NCBI GenBank assembly: GCA_903896045.1
Contig: CAITWD010000022.1
Span: 4,398-68,397 of the forward strand
From: an uncultured Actinomycetes bacterium
Lineage (GTDB): Bacteria > Actinomycetota > Thermoleophilia > Miltoncostaeales > Miltoncostaeaceae
Reading direction: 5' to 3'
Length of the DNA stretch: 64,000 nucleotides
Part shown: piece by piece, positions 10,897 to 20,840 of the stretch
How positions within the stretch are numbered: the first letter of the stretch is position 1
Layout of the letters: each line of letters begins with the position of its first letter
Translations under genes and position numbers: made by a program
The notes under the pieces: model-generated
Told to the model about the DNA's origin: nothing
Database searches by the model: none
What the model saw: only the letters and a program-made list of their open reading frames with translations

Positions 10897-11752
10897 TGTG
10901 GTGACCGTGGTCATTCGCGGACTTGAGGTCTTCGGCCGACATGGGGTCTTTGCTGCAGAGCAGGAGCTCGGGCAGCGTTTTATCGTCGATGTGGAACTTG
11001 TCCTTTTATCGTGTCCAGGTGTGACAAGCGATGCACTTGCCGACACCGTTGACTACGGGACCTTGAGTGCCGACATCGCCGAGATTGTCGCTGGTCCGAG
11101 CCGTCAACTACTTGAGTACCTCGCCGGCGCGATTGCGGATCGCGCTCTTGGTGAGTCGTATGCCCACCGTGTCACGGTTGAGGTCCGCAAGCCACACGTT
11201 GCGCTTCCCTACACCTTGACCGAAACCGCAGTGCGCCTTGAGCGCACGCGCGAGATGACCTATTGGCTTGGAATTGGATCGAACCTTGGGGATCGCTTCG
11301 CGCACCTACAGGGAATTGTTGATGCGGTTCGCGATGCAGGCGTCGAGATCGACGCGTTGAGTCCGATCTACGACACCGCACCACGCGAAATCACCGATCA
11401 ACCCTCATTTTTAAATGCAGCACTGCGGGTGCGTACGACGAAGACGCCCCGCGAGATGCTGACGATTGCAAAGGGCGTCGAACGCCAACTCGGGCGCACT
11501 GGCGGCGGGGTGCGATTCGGCCCTCGTCCTGCCGATTGCGACATTCTCGTCTGGGATGGTGGCCATTGGGAGGATGCACATCTGGAAATTCCGCATCCGC
11601 GGATGCTGGAGCGGCGTTTTGTGCTCGTGCCCTTGTGCGATGTGGCCCCTGGTGCAACCGATGCGACAGGGCGTCTGTTGACGGACGTGCTGGGCGCACT
11701 TCACCCAGAGGAGCAGCCTGTCAATCTCTGGCCCGATGGTGAGCTGGGCTAA
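10889..11752 (+). CDS. folB-folK: Fused dihydroneopterin aldolase / HPPK (FolB-FolK)
   Basis: A single frame carries a FolB-like N-terminal half (VVIRGLEVFGRHGVFAAEQELGQRF) and a FolK half (YWLGIGSNLGDR...IPHPRMLERRFVLVPL), with no stop between them. GTG 10889 overlaps the folP end. Confidence 0.85.
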   Translation: MSDVVTVVIRGLEVFGRHGVFAAEQELGQRFIVDVELVLLSCPGVTSDALADTVDYGTLSADIAEIVAGPSRQLLEYLAGAIADRALGESYAHRVTVEVRKPHVALPYTLTETAVRLERTREMTYWLGIGSNLGDRFAHLQGIVDAVRDAGVEIDALSPIYDTAPREITDQPSFLNAALRVRTTKTPREMLTIAKGVERQLGRTGGGVRFGPRPADCDILVWDGGHWEDAHLEIPHPRMLERRFVLVPLCDVAPGATDATGRLLTDVLGALHPEEQPVNLWPDGELG

Positions 11753-11787
11753 GATCTTGACAATGAGCGCCAGCGAAGGGTGGGTGC

Positions 11788-12099
11788 GTGTCACATACCG
11801 AAGAGCTTGAAGAGTTTGATGCGGAGCTTGAGCTCAGGCTCAAGCGTGAATATTCCGATGTCTATCCGTTGTTTGGGTACTGCGTATGCACGCAAGAGGC
11901 CACCTACCTGTGCAATACCTTTTCGCGCGAGATCATCCCTCAAGCAGCGTATCCCTTGTTTCATGTGGTGATGGATGATGTGTGGGTGTGGGATAAGAGC
12001 CGCCCGTCACGAATCATTCCCCGTGTGGAGATCTATACGACCCAGGATTTGACGATCGAGATTTTGAAGTCGTCAAATGTGGGGAAGGCGGAGGAGTAG
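11788..12099 (+). CDS. DUF2469 family protein (Rv2901c-like)
   Basis: EELEEFDAELELRLKREYSDVY...DDVWVWDKSRPSR matches my recollection of the actinobacterial DUF2469 family. Confidence 0.8.
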   Translation: MSHTEELEEFDAELELRLKREYSDVYPLFGYCVCTQEATYLCNTFSREIIPQAAYPLFHVVMDDVWVWDKSRPSRIIPRVEIYTTQDLTIEILKSSNVGKAEE

Positions 12100-12103
12100 C
12101 GCA

Positions 12104-12919
12104 ATGATGGGTCCCGCGCTCTTGGCGATTGATGTGGGCAATACCAATACCTTGGCGGGGGTCTACCAGGGCGATGAGCTCTTGCATGAGTGGCGCATCT
12201 CCACCGAGCGCGCCGCGACTGCGGATGAGCTTGCGGCCTATCACGATCAGATCTTGCGTCTGCGTGGCGGCAGCCTCGATGAGCTCGACGCGATGATCGT
12301 CTCGTCGGTGGTGCCGACGTTGACCAACGGCTACCGCCAACTCGCACTCAAATATCTCGACCGCCCGGCAATCGTGATTGGGCCTGGTATTCGCACCGGG
12401 ATGTCATTGGCGATTGATAACCCTCTGGAGCTCGGTGCCGATCGTCTGGTGAATGCGGTTGCCGCCTATCGCCGCTATGGGGGGCCGTGTGTGGTTGTGG
12501 ATCTCGGGACCGCGACCACCCTTGATGTGGTCTCCGGCAGTGGGGTGTACCTGGGGGGTGTGATCGCGCCGGGGATTGAGACCTCGCTTGATGCCCTGAC
12601 AACGCGTGCTGCGCGCCTGGTCAAGGTCGATCTGATACCGCCAGAGCGCGTGATTGGCCGCTCGACGGTGGAAAGCATGCGATCCGGTCTTATCCTCGGA
12701 ACGGTCGCAATGATCGATGGACTCTGTCAGCAAATCCGCGATCAGCTCGAAGGCGAGGCGACAATTATCGCCACCGGTGGGCTGTCTCCGATGGTGGCAA
12801 GCCTGTCCACGCAGATTGATCAGACCGATGCGATGCTCACCCTTGATGGACTCCGCATGATCTATGAGATGAATATGCCCACCGCATCGCGACATGATTT
12901 GGTCGAGGAAGAGACGTGA
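12104..12919 (+). CDS. coaX: Type III pantothenate kinase
   Basis: N-terminal LLAIDVGNTNT and an ASKHA fold pattern. Start at ATG 12104, just after the DUF2469 stop. Confidence 0.9.
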   Translation: MMGPALLAIDVGNTNTLAGVYQGDELLHEWRISTERAATADELAAYHDQILRLRGGSLDELDAMIVSSVVPTLTNGYRQLALKYLDRPAIVIGPGIRTGMSLAIDNPLELGADRLVNAVAAYRRYGGPCVVVDLGTATTLDVVSGSGVYLGGVIAPGIETSLDALTTRAARLVKVDLIPPERVIGRSTVESMRSGLILGTVAMIDGLCQQIRDQLEGEATIIATGGLSPMVASLSTQIDQTDAMLTLDGLRMIYEMNMPTASRHDLVEEET

Positions 12920-13986
12920 AAAAAAGGATGAAGGGTGCCGTTGCCGATCGGGCAGCGCATCACGGTGATCATGTCGAGATCAATGGCCCATGGCCGCTGG
13001 ATACTCCATTTCGCATCGGCGATCTCGAAATCCCCAATCGCGTCATCCAGGCGCCACTGGCGGGCATTGCCAATGCACCATTTCGCGTGCAAGCCCAACG
13101 GCATGGTGCGGGGTTATCGGTCTCGGAGATGGTGGCCAGTATGGGCGTCCATCACGGGAACGCGCGTACCGTGGACATGTTGCGCTTAGATCCGCAGGAG
13201 GCGCTCACCGGAATCCAACTCTTTGGCGCGGACCCCGCCGCGATGGCCGAGGCCGCGCGCGTTGCCGAGGCCAATGGGGCGTCACTGATCGATATCAATA
13301 TGGGCTGCCCCGTGCCGAAAATTTGTAAAACCGGTGCTGGAGCTGCGCTCCTTGCGGATCCTGTACACGGGGCATCGCTTGTGGCGGCATGTGTGGACGC
13401 GGTCAAGGTGCCCGTCACCGTGAAGATTCGTCGGGGACTCACCCCGGGTGAATCGCAACCGGTCGAGGTCGCAAAGCGCCTTGTTGACGCGGGAGCAGCG
13501 GCGGTCACTATTCATCCCCGGGCAGCTGCTGAGGAATATCGCGGCAGCGCCGACCACCGGATTACCGCCGAACTTGTTGCCGCGCTTGATGTGCCGGTGA
13601 TCGCTAGCGGGGACATCAACACACCGCGTCGCGCCTATGAGGTGTTTACTGATACCGGTGCCGCTGCCGTAATGATCGGTCGCGCCGGCTTGGGTGATCC
13701 ATGGATCTATGGCGCGATGGCGAGTGGGCATTCGTCTGCGCGACCGGACCTCGAGGGAGTCATCGATGAGGTCATTGCATTTGTGCATCTCAACATCGCG
13801 CTGATGGGTGAGCGCAGGGGCGTGCATTACCTGCGCAAGTTCTACCCGTGGTACTTCGTTGGCGAGAACGTGGCACAATCTCAAATAGCGAAACTGCTGG
13901 TGACCGAGGAAGTTGATGGCGTTCTCGCACAGCTTTCTGACATTGCGCACGCGTCAGCGCTTGCAACCGCATCGGGGCTGAATTAG
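12916..13986 (+). CDS. dus: tRNA-dihydrouridine synthase
   Basis: Dus family: NRVIQAPLAGIANAPFR, INMGCPVPKI, TIHPRAAAEEY. GTGA overlap with coaX. Confidence 0.9.
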   Translation: MKKRMKGAVADRAAHHGDHVEINGPWPLDTPFRIGDLEIPNRVIQAPLAGIANAPFRVQAQRHGAGLSVSEMVASMGVHHGNARTVDMLRLDPQEALTGIQLFGADPAAMAEAARVAEANGASLIDINMGCPVPKICKTGAGAALLADPVHGASLVAACVDAVKVPVTVKIRRGLTPGESQPVEVAKRLVDAGAAAVTIHPRAAAEEYRGSADHRITAELVAALDVPVIASGDINTPRRAYEVFTDTGAAAVMIGRAGLGDPWIYGAMASGHSSARPDLEGVIDEVIAFVHLNIALMGERRGVHYLRKFYPWYFVGENVAQSQIAKLLVTEEVDGVLAQLSDIAHASALATASGLN

Positions 13987-14058
13987 CCTTCGGCGCCGCA
14001 TGATCGGGTTCTGCCCGTTATATAGCGAACGTGCATATCGCTCCAGACCAACGGAGAA

Positions 14059-14556
14059 GTGAAGACTATGGATCGCGAAGTCATCCTCACTGAAGAGGGA
14101 TATCGGAAACTCCGTGATGAGATCGAATATCTCTCCACGACCAAGCGCCGGGAGGTTGCTGCCCGGATCAAAGAGGCGCGCGAGTTTGGTGACATCTCCG
14201 AAAACTCCGAGTACGACGACGCCAAAAATGAGCAGGCGCAGGTCGAAAGCCGGATTCAGGTCCTCGAGCAGAAGCTGCGGAACGCCCGCGTGGTGGATAC
14301 CGTGCACATTGCGACCGACACTGTTGCGATTGGTGCCCACGTGACACTCAAGAATCTCAAGACCAAGGAAACCGTCGAATACGCAATCGTCGGGTCCGCA
14401 GAGGCCGACCCACGTAACCACCGTCTCTCAAACGAGAGCCCTGTGGCCAAAGCGATTCTTGGTCACAAAAAGGGCGAGAAGGTTCCCGTGCCGATGCCAC
14501 GCGGAGTCCTTGAGTTCCAGATTATGAAGATTGAGGCGGGTGGCTCCGCAAGCTGA
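14059..14556 (+). CDS. greA: Transcription elongation factor GreA
   Basis: LTEEGYRKLRDEIEYL...FGDISENSEYDDAKNEQ. Start may be ATG 14068. Confidence 0.95.
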   Translation: MKTMDREVILTEEGYRKLRDEIEYLSTTKRREVAARIKEAREFGDISENSEYDDAKNEQAQVESRIQVLEQKLRNARVVDTVHIATDTVAIGAHVTLKNLKTKETVEYAIVGSAEADPRNHRLSNESPVAKAILGHKKGEKVPVPMPRGVLEFQIMKIEAGGSAS

Positions 14557-16060
14557 TGAACCGGACGCGACGGATCAGTCTGACCTTTCCGGGTCGGGCC
14601 TGGAACGTCTCGTTGCGGAGCGGCGGGCAAAAGCCGCCGCCTTTCGTGCCCGTGGCATTGACCCATTCCCGAGGGAGTTTCCGGGCCGTGTGGGAATCGC
14701 CGACGTGCGCGCGGATTACGACAGCCTCACACCGGGTGAGGAGTCTGATGTTGTGGTGCGGGTTGCGGGTCGCCTGAGCGCCCGTCGTGGCCAGGGCAAG
14801 ATCGCATTTCTCGATCTCGAGGATCGGGATGGGAAAATCCAGTTATGGGCGTCGCTTGAGCAGTTAGGCGATGAGGTCATGGGCGCCCTTCTCGATATGG
14901 ATTTGGGCGACCTGCTCGGTGCCGAGGGGCGCGTCGCTCGTACCAAGCGCGGCGAGATGTCGATCGTGCTCGAGAAGGTGCAGTTATTGGCGAAGTCGCT
15001 GCGACCGCCACCTGATAAGCATGCAGGGTTGCGTGATCCGGAGACGCGCTATCGCCAGCGGTATTTGGATTTGATGAGTAATGAGGAGGTGCGTCAGGCC
15101 TTTGTCGTGCGTGCGCGGGCGATTGCCGGTGTGCGTAGCTTCCTTGATACCCAGGGGTTTATCGAGGTCGAGACCCCATGCCTGCAGCCGATGTATGGCG
15201 GTGCAGCTGCGCGCCCATTTATTACGCATCACAACCAGCTCGATCGAGATCTGTACCTGCGAATCGCGCCTGAGCTCTATCTCAAGCGCTGCATCGTCGG
15301 CGGACTCGAGAAGGTCTATGAGCTCGGGAAAGATTTTCGTAACGAGGGTGTCAGCTACAAGCACAATCCTGAGTTCACCATGGTCGAGACCTACGAGGCA
15401 TATGTCGATTACCGGCACGTTGCGCAGATGCTCGAGCAGATGGTTGCCCACGCGGCGATTGCGGCAACCGGTGGATCGGTGGTGACCTGGAAAGAGCACA
15501 CGATTGATCTGACGCCACCATGGCGCCGAGTTGATCTACGCACTGCGTTGTTCGAGACAAGTGGGGTCGATGTGCGGATGCATGCTGATCAGGCGAGTCT
15601 GCGTGATGCCATGCGTGCCGCCGGCTACGACGCCCCCGAATCCGATACGTGGGCAAAGCTGGTTGATGGCCTCTTGACCCAAGCGCTCGAGCCCACACTG
15701 ATTCAGCCGACGATCTTGATGGATTACCCCTTGGAGCTCTCACCATTCGCCAAGCGCACTCCTCATGATCCCGGGACGGTGGAACGGTTTGAGGCATTTG
15801 CCGGCGGCATGGAGATTGCGAACGCCTTCACCGAGCTCAACGATCCCGATGATCAGCTGGAGCGGTTTGAAATGCAACAGCGCGATCGTGCGGCGGGCGA
15901 TGATGAAGCGCAGCCAATGGATGAAGATTTCTTGATTGCACTTGAGCATGGAATGCCTCCCACAGGGGGGCTTGGCCTGGGAATTGATCGTTTGGTCATG
16001 TTGTTGACGGGCGCGTCGTCAATTCGGGAAGTGGTGTTGTTCCCTGCGATGCGCACATGA
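14531..16060 (+). CDS. lysS: Lysine--tRNA ligase (class II)
   Basis: OB-fold N-domain plus class II core (FRNEGVSYKHNPEFTMVE, GLGLGIDRLVMLL). Start TTG 14531 or GTG 14540; overlaps the greA end. Confidence 0.95.
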   Translation: MRRVAPQADEPDATDQSDLSGSGLERLVAERRAKAAAFRARGIDPFPREFPGRVGIADVRADYDSLTPGEESDVVVRVAGRLSARRGQGKIAFLDLEDRDGKIQLWASLEQLGDEVMGALLDMDLGDLLGAEGRVARTKRGEMSIVLEKVQLLAKSLRPPPDKHAGLRDPETRYRQRYLDLMSNEEVRQAFVVRARAIAGVRSFLDTQGFIEVETPCLQPMYGGAAARPFITHHNQLDRDLYLRIAPELYLKRCIVGGLEKVYELGKDFRNEGVSYKHNPEFTMVETYEAYVDYRHVAQMLEQMVAHAAIAATGGSVVTWKEHTIDLTPPWRRVDLRTALFETSGVDVRMHADQASLRDAMRAAGYDAPESDTWAKLVDGLLTQALEPTLIQPTILMDYPLELSPFAKRTPHDPGTVERFEAFAGGMEIANAFTELNDPDDQLERFEMQQRDRAAGDDEAQPMDEDFLIALEHGMPPTGGLGLGIDRLVMLLTGASSIREVVLFPAMRT

Positions 16061-16138
16061 CATTGGGCAAGGTTGCCCACAACGGGAAATGTCCTGCTAA
16101 CATCGACGGCCGTCAGTCGCACGATATATGGGGAATTG

Positions 16139-16414
16139 ATGGCTAAGCCACGGGCCCGCGGTCGGTCCAATAAGAAGGGGAAGGGCGCAGTTGTTGCGCA
16201 ACGCAAGCGTCGTCCAGTGTTGCCACTGGAGGATCTTGATTGGAAGAACTTCCCATCGCTGCGTCGCTTTGTGAGCGAACGCGGAAAAATTCGTTCACGC
16301 CGGATCACCGGTTTGTCACGTCGCCAGCAGGCGATTGTCAGCAAGTCTGTGCGTCGCGCTCGTGAAATGGGCCTGTTGGCCTACCCTGACCAGGACCGCA
16401 AAGTCCGCCACTAG
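16139..16414 (+). CDS. rpsR: 30S ribosomal protein S18
   Basis: LDWKNFPSLRRFVSERGKIRSRRITGLSRRQQAIVSKSVRRAREMGLLAY is the S18 signature region. ATG 16139 lies within ORF 16073-16414. Confidence 0.85.
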   Translation: MAKPRARGRSNKKGKGAVVAQRKRRPVLPLEDLDWKNFPSLRRFVSERGKIRSRRITGLSRRQQAIVSKSVRRAREMGLLAYPDQDRKVRH

Positions 16415-16436
16415 TCAGGTCGTCTGGATGTGAGCG

Positions 16437-16465
16437 TGGCAGCGGTCCGTCAGAGGCCGCTGCCA
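16437..16465 (+). terminator. Hairpin downstream of rpsR (terminator-like, no U-tract)
   Basis: TGGCAGCGG-11 nt-CCGCTGCCA inverted repeat read directly, 23 nt after the rpsR stop. Confidence 0.4.
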
Positions 16466-16475
16466 TACTCGATTC

Positions 16476-16694
16476 ATGGGTCCGTGTCCGATCTGCACCG
16501 CCACGCTCGTGTGGCGTCACAATGGTGCATGGTGTGACCGCTGCCATCGCAAGGTTGAGACCTGTTGCGAAGGGGCGCCACAGTCTGCGTCCGGCGTTTC
16601 GTGCCGCCCCGTTGCCGCGATCGGACGACGTGCCGAAAACCCGCATGGGGACTACGTAACCGCACCCCATGTGGCTGACGTTCGTCCCTGCTAG
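16476..16694 (+). CDS. Possible small zinc-ribbon protein (uncertain)
   Basis: 72-aa ORF MGPCPICTATLVWRHNGAWCDRCHRK... with CxxC-X13-CxxC. Third-position GC looks coding-like, but there is no clear SD. It lies in the clpC leader region. Confidence 0.3.
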   Translation: MGPCPICTATLVWRHNGAWCDRCHRKVETCCEGAPQSASGVSCRPVAAIGRRAENPHGDYVTAPHVADVRPC

Positions 16695-16849
16695 AATCTG
16701 GTTCCCGCTGCAATAGGAGCACCGGGATAACGGGCCCCGTATTGGGGGCGTTATGGGGACCTCAGGCGGCACGTTCACCTGGGGGTAGGGCCCGGTCGGC
16801 GCGGCGGGTGCACAGGGTGCATGTGTCGCTTTGCGAAGAGGAGATCTCG

Positions 16850-19366
16850 TTGTTCGAGAGGTTCACCGAGCGGGCGCGCCAAGTGGTCGTATTGGCCCAA
16901 GAAGAGGCGCGTACCCTCAAGCACAATTACATTGGGACCGAGCACATCCTCCTCGGCCTGTTGCGCGAAGAAGAAGGTCTCGCCGCACGGGTCCTTGAGG
17001 GGCTTGAGATCACCGTAGAAGAGGTCCGGGCGCAGGTTATCCGGATCGTTGGCTCGGGTGAAGAGGTGACTTCGGGACAAATCCCGTTCACCCCACGTGC
17101 CAAAAAGGTGCTCGAGCTTGCATTGCGTGAAGCACTATCGCTGGGCCACAACTACATCGGCACTGAGCACATCCTGCTCGGATTGGTGCGCGAGAACGAA
17201 GGCGTTGCGGCACGCATTTTGGCCGACTTCGATGCCGACTCAGAAAAGATTCGCAACGAGATCATTCGCATGCTCTCGGGGCCGGGTCGTCGCCAGCAGG
17301 GGCAACCCGCCGGGACCGCTCCCGCCGATAAGAAATCGAGCAAGCTCCTGGAGCAGTTTGGTCGCAACCTCACCAAGCTCGCTGCAGATGGAAAGCTCGA
17401 TCCTGTCGTGGGCCGCGCAAATGAGATTGAACGCGTGATGCAGATCCTCTCGCGCCGAACCAAAAACAACCCTGTGCTCATCGGTGAGCCCGGTGTGGGA
17501 AAGACCGCGGTCGTCGAGGGATTGGCACAGCGTATTGCCAACAACCAGGTGCCTGACCTGCTGAAAAACAAGCAGATCTACACCTTGGACTTGGCCGCGT
17601 TGGTTGCCGGATCAAAGTACCGCGGTGAGTTTGAGGAGCGCCTCAAGAAGGTGATGAAAGAGATCACCCAACGCGGCGACATCATCCTCTTTATCGATGA
17701 GCTCCATAACCTCGTTGGCGCGGGTGCCGCCGAAGGTGCAATTGACGCCGCAAGCATTCTCAAGCCAGCACTCGCTCGTGGCGAATTGCAAACCGTGGGC
17801 GCGACAACCCTTGATGAGTACCGCAAGTACGTCGAAAAGGATTCCGCGCTCGAGCGGCGGTTCCAGCAGATCAAGGTTGATGAGCCATCGCAGGAAGAGA
17901 CCGTGCAGATTCTGCGCGGTCTGCGTGAGCGCTACGAGTCACATCACCGCTGCACCATCACCGATGAGGCACTCGAGGCTGCCGCAAATCTGGCGGATCG
18001 CTACATCTCGGAGCGCTTCTTGCCAGATAAGGCCATCGACTTGATCGATGAGGCAGGTAGTCGCATGCGCATTCGCACGATGACCTCGCCGCCGTCATAT
18101 CGCGAACTTGAGGACGAGATTGAAACCGTCCGCAAGGAGAAGGAAGCAGCCATTGAGGCGCAGGAGTTTGAGAAGGCCGCAAACTTGCGTGACAAGGAAC
18201 GCCGCCTGACCAACAAAAAGCGCGAGGCCGAGGACGAATGGAAAGCCGAAGATGGCGGACCGAAGCCCGAGATCGGCGAAGAAGAGATTGCCGACATCGT
18301 GTCGATGTGGACCGGTATCCCGGTGTTCAAACTCACCGAAGCGGAATCGCGCAAGCTCCTTCGGATGGAGGATGAACTCCATAAGCGCGTGATCGGCCAA
18401 GAGCAGGCAATTGCTGCGGTGAGTCGTGCGATTCGTCGTGCGCGTGCCGGGATCAAGGATCCCAAGCGCCCTGCCGGAAGCTTCATCTTCCTCGGGCCCT
18501 CGGGTGTGGGAAAGACTGAGCTTGCAAAGACGCTTGCCGAGTTCTTGTTTGGCGACGATCAGGCGTTGATCCAGGTCGACATGTCCGAGTACATGGAAAA
18601 GCACGCGGTGAGTCGTTTGGTTGGCTCTCCTCCCGGATATGTCGGGTATGACGAGGGTGGACAGCTGACCGAGCAGGTTCGGCGTAAGCCCTACTCGGTC
18701 ATCCTGCTCGATGAGGTCGAGAAGGCGCACCCCGAGGTCTTCAACATTCTGTTGCAGATCCTCGAGGATGGTCGTCTGACCGATGCGCAGGGTCGCTCCG
18801 TCGACTTTCGGAACGCGATCGTGATCATGACTTCCAACATCGGGGCCGCGGCGATTAGTCGTGACACCCCATTGGGATTTTCGACCACCGAAGATTCGGG
18901 TCTCTCGTACGCCGACATGAAGTCGCGTGTGATGAGTGAGCTCAAGCGTGTGTTCCGCCCTGAGCTGATCAACCGTATTGACGAGATCATCGTCTTCCAC
19001 AAGTTGACCCGCGATGAGATCACACAAATCGTGGAGCTCTTGTTGGTGCGCCTCAAGCAGCAGATGGCCGATCATGGCCTCGCAATGCAGCTGACAGAAG
19101 AGGCCAAGGATCTTCTCGTGGCGGAAGGGTATGACCCCGCCATGGGTGCACGACCACTGCGTCGTGCGATCCAGCGTTTGATTGAAGACCCGCTGGCCGA
19201 TGAGGTCCTCAAGGGCAATCTGCCTGAAGGCACCATCATCGTTGTCGATCGAGACGGGGATCACATGAAGCTTGTTCCGACATTGCCAGATGAACCGACA
19301 ACTGTCGGTATCGCGGCTGGCGAGGCCCCTGCAGAGGGTGCTACGACGGAGCTGGCAGAGTCCTAA
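16850..19366 (+). CDS. clpC: ATP-dependent Clp protease ATPase subunit ClpC
   Basis: TTG start ([11 protein letters not shown]) with GAAGAGGAG SD. Two Clp_N repeats, Walker A GEPGVGKT and [11 protein letters not shown]-like linker. Confidence 0.95.
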   Translation: MFERFTERARQVVVLAQEEARTLKHNYIGTEHILLGLLREEEGLAARVLEGLEITVEEVRAQVIRIVGSGEEVTSGQIPFTPRAKKVLELALREALSLGHNYIGTEHILLGLVRENEGVAARILADFDADSEKIRNEIIRMLSGPGRRQQGQPAGTAPADKKSSKLLEQFGRNLTKLAADGKLDPVVGRANEIERVMQILSRRTKNNPVLIGEPGVGKTAVVEGLAQRIANNQVPDLLKNKQIYTLDLAALVAGSKYRGEFEERLKKVMKEITQRGDIILFIDELHNLVGAGAAEGAIDAASILKPALARGELQTVGATTLDEYRKYVEKDSALERRFQQIKVDEPSQEETVQILRGLRERYESHHRCTITDEALEAAANLADRYISERFLPDKAIDLIDEAGSRMRIRTMTSPPSYRELEDEIETVRKEKEAAIEAQEFEKAANLRDKERRLTNKKREAEDEWKAEDGGPKPEIGEEEIADIVSMWTGIPVFKLTEAESRKLLRMEDELHKRVIGQEQAIAAVSRAIRRARAGIKDPKRPAGSFIFLGPSGVGKTELAKTLAEFLFGDDQALIQVDMSEYMEKHAVSRLVGSPPGYVGYDEGGQLTEQVRRKPYSVILLDEVEKAHPEVFNILLQILEDGRLTDAQGRSVDFRNAIVIMTSNIGAAAISRDTPLGFSTTEDSGLSYADMKSRVMSELKRVFRPELINRIDEIIVFHKLTRDEITQIVELLLVRLKQQMADHGLAMQLTEEAKDLLVAEGYDPAMGARPLRRAIQRLIEDPLADEVLKGNLPEGTIIVVDRDGDHMKLVPTLPDEPTTVGIAAGEAPAEGATTELAES

Positions 19367-19391
19367 TTGCGAATGTGCGGGGAGGGGCGTC

Positions 19392-20795
19392 GTGACGACG
19401 GCCCTCCCCGCACCCCCCCCGGGTGAGAGTTTGGTTCGAGCGCGCGCACAAAGCGTCCACGTGTGTTCAGAGTGCGGTTCCGTCCATGCACGATGGGTGG
19501 GGCGCTGCTCGGGGTGCGGCGCGTGGGGATCCATTCAAGAAGAGGCACGTAGCGCTGGTGCGCCGACCTTGGTTGGCGTCGAGCCTGCGGTACGCCCAGT
19601 GCTCTTGGGCGAGCTCGTGCTCACCACGACAGCGCGCCTTGCGACCGGGGTCGAAGAACTCGACCGCGTGCTCGGCGGAGGACTTGTCCCTGGGTCATTA
19701 GTGCTGATCGGAGGCGAGCCGGGCATAGGGAAAAGCACCCTTGTGCTGCAGGCCCTTGCCGGTATTTCTGGTTCTGGAAAAGCGCTTTTGGTGACAGGCG
19801 AGGAATCGCTTGCCCAGGTGCATGGGCGCAGTACCCGATTGACGACACCCACCGACAATGTGGCGATTCTGGCCGAGTCGCAACTTGAGCGGGTGATTGA
19901 CGCCATCATCGAACACAACCCACAGGTGTGCGCGATTGATTCGGTGCAGACCCTTGTCTCGGATGCGGTTGAGGGTGGCGTGGGCTCTGTGTCGCAGGTT
20001 CGCCAGGCAACTGGGGCATTGTTGCGACTTGCCAAGGAGCGCAACATCGTGATCATTTTGGTGGGCCAGGTGACCAAGGATGGCGGCCTTGCGGGGCCGC
20101 GGATGCTTGAGCATATGGTCGATTGCGTGGTGACTTTTGAGGGCGAGGAAATGCGCGCCCATCGCATTCTTCGTGCCACCAAGAACCGATTTGGGTCGAT
20201 TAATGAGACCGGAATTCTTGAGATGCGCCAAGAGGGTCTTGTGTCGGTCCCAGACCCAACGGGTTTATTTCTTGCAGAAGTCGGCGAACGTGTCGGTTCA
20301 TGCATCTTCCCGGTGATTCAGGGAAGTCGTGCGATGCTTGTCGAAATTCAGGCCTTGGTGGGATCGACCGAGATTGTGCCGCCCCGGCGTGTTGCCGTGG
20401 GTGTTGATCGCACTCGCTTGGCCCAAGTCATCGCCGTGCTCTCACGCCATGCGGGATTTCGCTTTGGCGATCAGGATGTGTTTGTCAGTGTTGCCGGGGG
20501 TGCCCGCGCAATTGATCCCGCTGCCGATCTTGCGATGGCGCTGGCGATTGCAAGTGCCCACCGGGGGACGCCGCTTGCTCCCGGGTCCGCGGCATTTGGC
20601 GAAATTGGTTTGACCGGCGGGATTCGTCCCACGGGTCATTGGAGTCGTCGCCTGCAGGCGATGGGTGCGCATGGCCTCACGTTGGCAGTTGCACCCACGA
20701 TGACCGGCGATGGCGCCGAGCAGACACCTCAGGGGCTTGAGGTGTCGTCGGTTGGTGATATCACGCAGGCCCTTGCGGTTGCGTGTCCGCGGTAA
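19392..20795 (+). CDS. radA: DNA repair protein RadA
   Basis: Zinc ribbon CSECGSVHARWVGRCSGCG, Walker A GEPGIGKST, KNRFG motif, Lon-like C-domain. GTG 19392 after GGGGAGGGG. Confidence 0.95.
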   Translation: MTTALPAPPPGESLVRARAQSVHVCSECGSVHARWVGRCSGCGAWGSIQEEARSAGAPTLVGVEPAVRPVLLGELVLTTTARLATGVEELDRVLGGGLVPGSLVLIGGEPGIGKSTLVLQALAGISGSGKALLVTGEESLAQVHGRSTRLTTPTDNVAILAESQLERVIDAIIEHNPQVCAIDSVQTLVSDAVEGGVGSVSQVRQATGALLRLAKERNIVIILVGQVTKDGGLAGPRMLEHMVDCVVTFEGEEMRAHRILRATKNRFGSINETGILEMRQEGLVSVPDPTGLFLAEVGERVGSCIFPVIQGSRAMLVEIQALVGSTEIVPPRRVAVGVDRTRLAQVIAVLSRHAGFRFGDQDVFVSVAGGARAIDPAADLAMALAIASAHRGTPLAPGSAAFGEIGLTGGIRPTGHWSRRLQAMGAHGLTLAVAPTMTGDGAEQTPQGLEVSSVGDITQALAVACPR

Positions 20796-20840
20796 ATGTT
20801 GATGTTCATGGCAGTGCTATCCCACACGTAGGGGGGACGA

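Noticed and set aside
16742-16849. N-terminal extension of clpC given by the ORF track (start 16742). Similar upstream extensions appear for radA (19272), folB (10754), eno (44584), mazG (43450), the PIN/TRAM gene (21483) and the nuclease gene (29321).
   Set aside because: The extensions are Arg/Cys/Ser-rich and overlap upstream genes or leaders. Internal starts that match family N-termini and SD sequences are available.
16695-16849. G-run-rich clpC leader considered as a G-quadruplex, or as a CtsR/CIRCE/ClgR operator.
   Set aside because: The loops between G-runs are too long for a canonical quadruplex. No GGTCAAA heptad repeats, CIRCE inverted repeat or convincing ClgR-type palindrome were found.
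18095-19534. 479-aa ORF antisense to clpC. Similar long antisense or out-of-frame ORFs include 39414-40565 and 39716-40420 (mfd), 44135-45172 (mazG/eno), 6635-7483 (tilS), 57960-58868 (ftsZ/ggt) and 59480-60526 (ggt).
   Set aside because: Their Arg/Pro/His/Gly-rich, low-complexity translations are typical of non-coding frames in GC-rich DNA. Each is fully overlapped by a gene with unmistakable family motifs on the other strand or frame.
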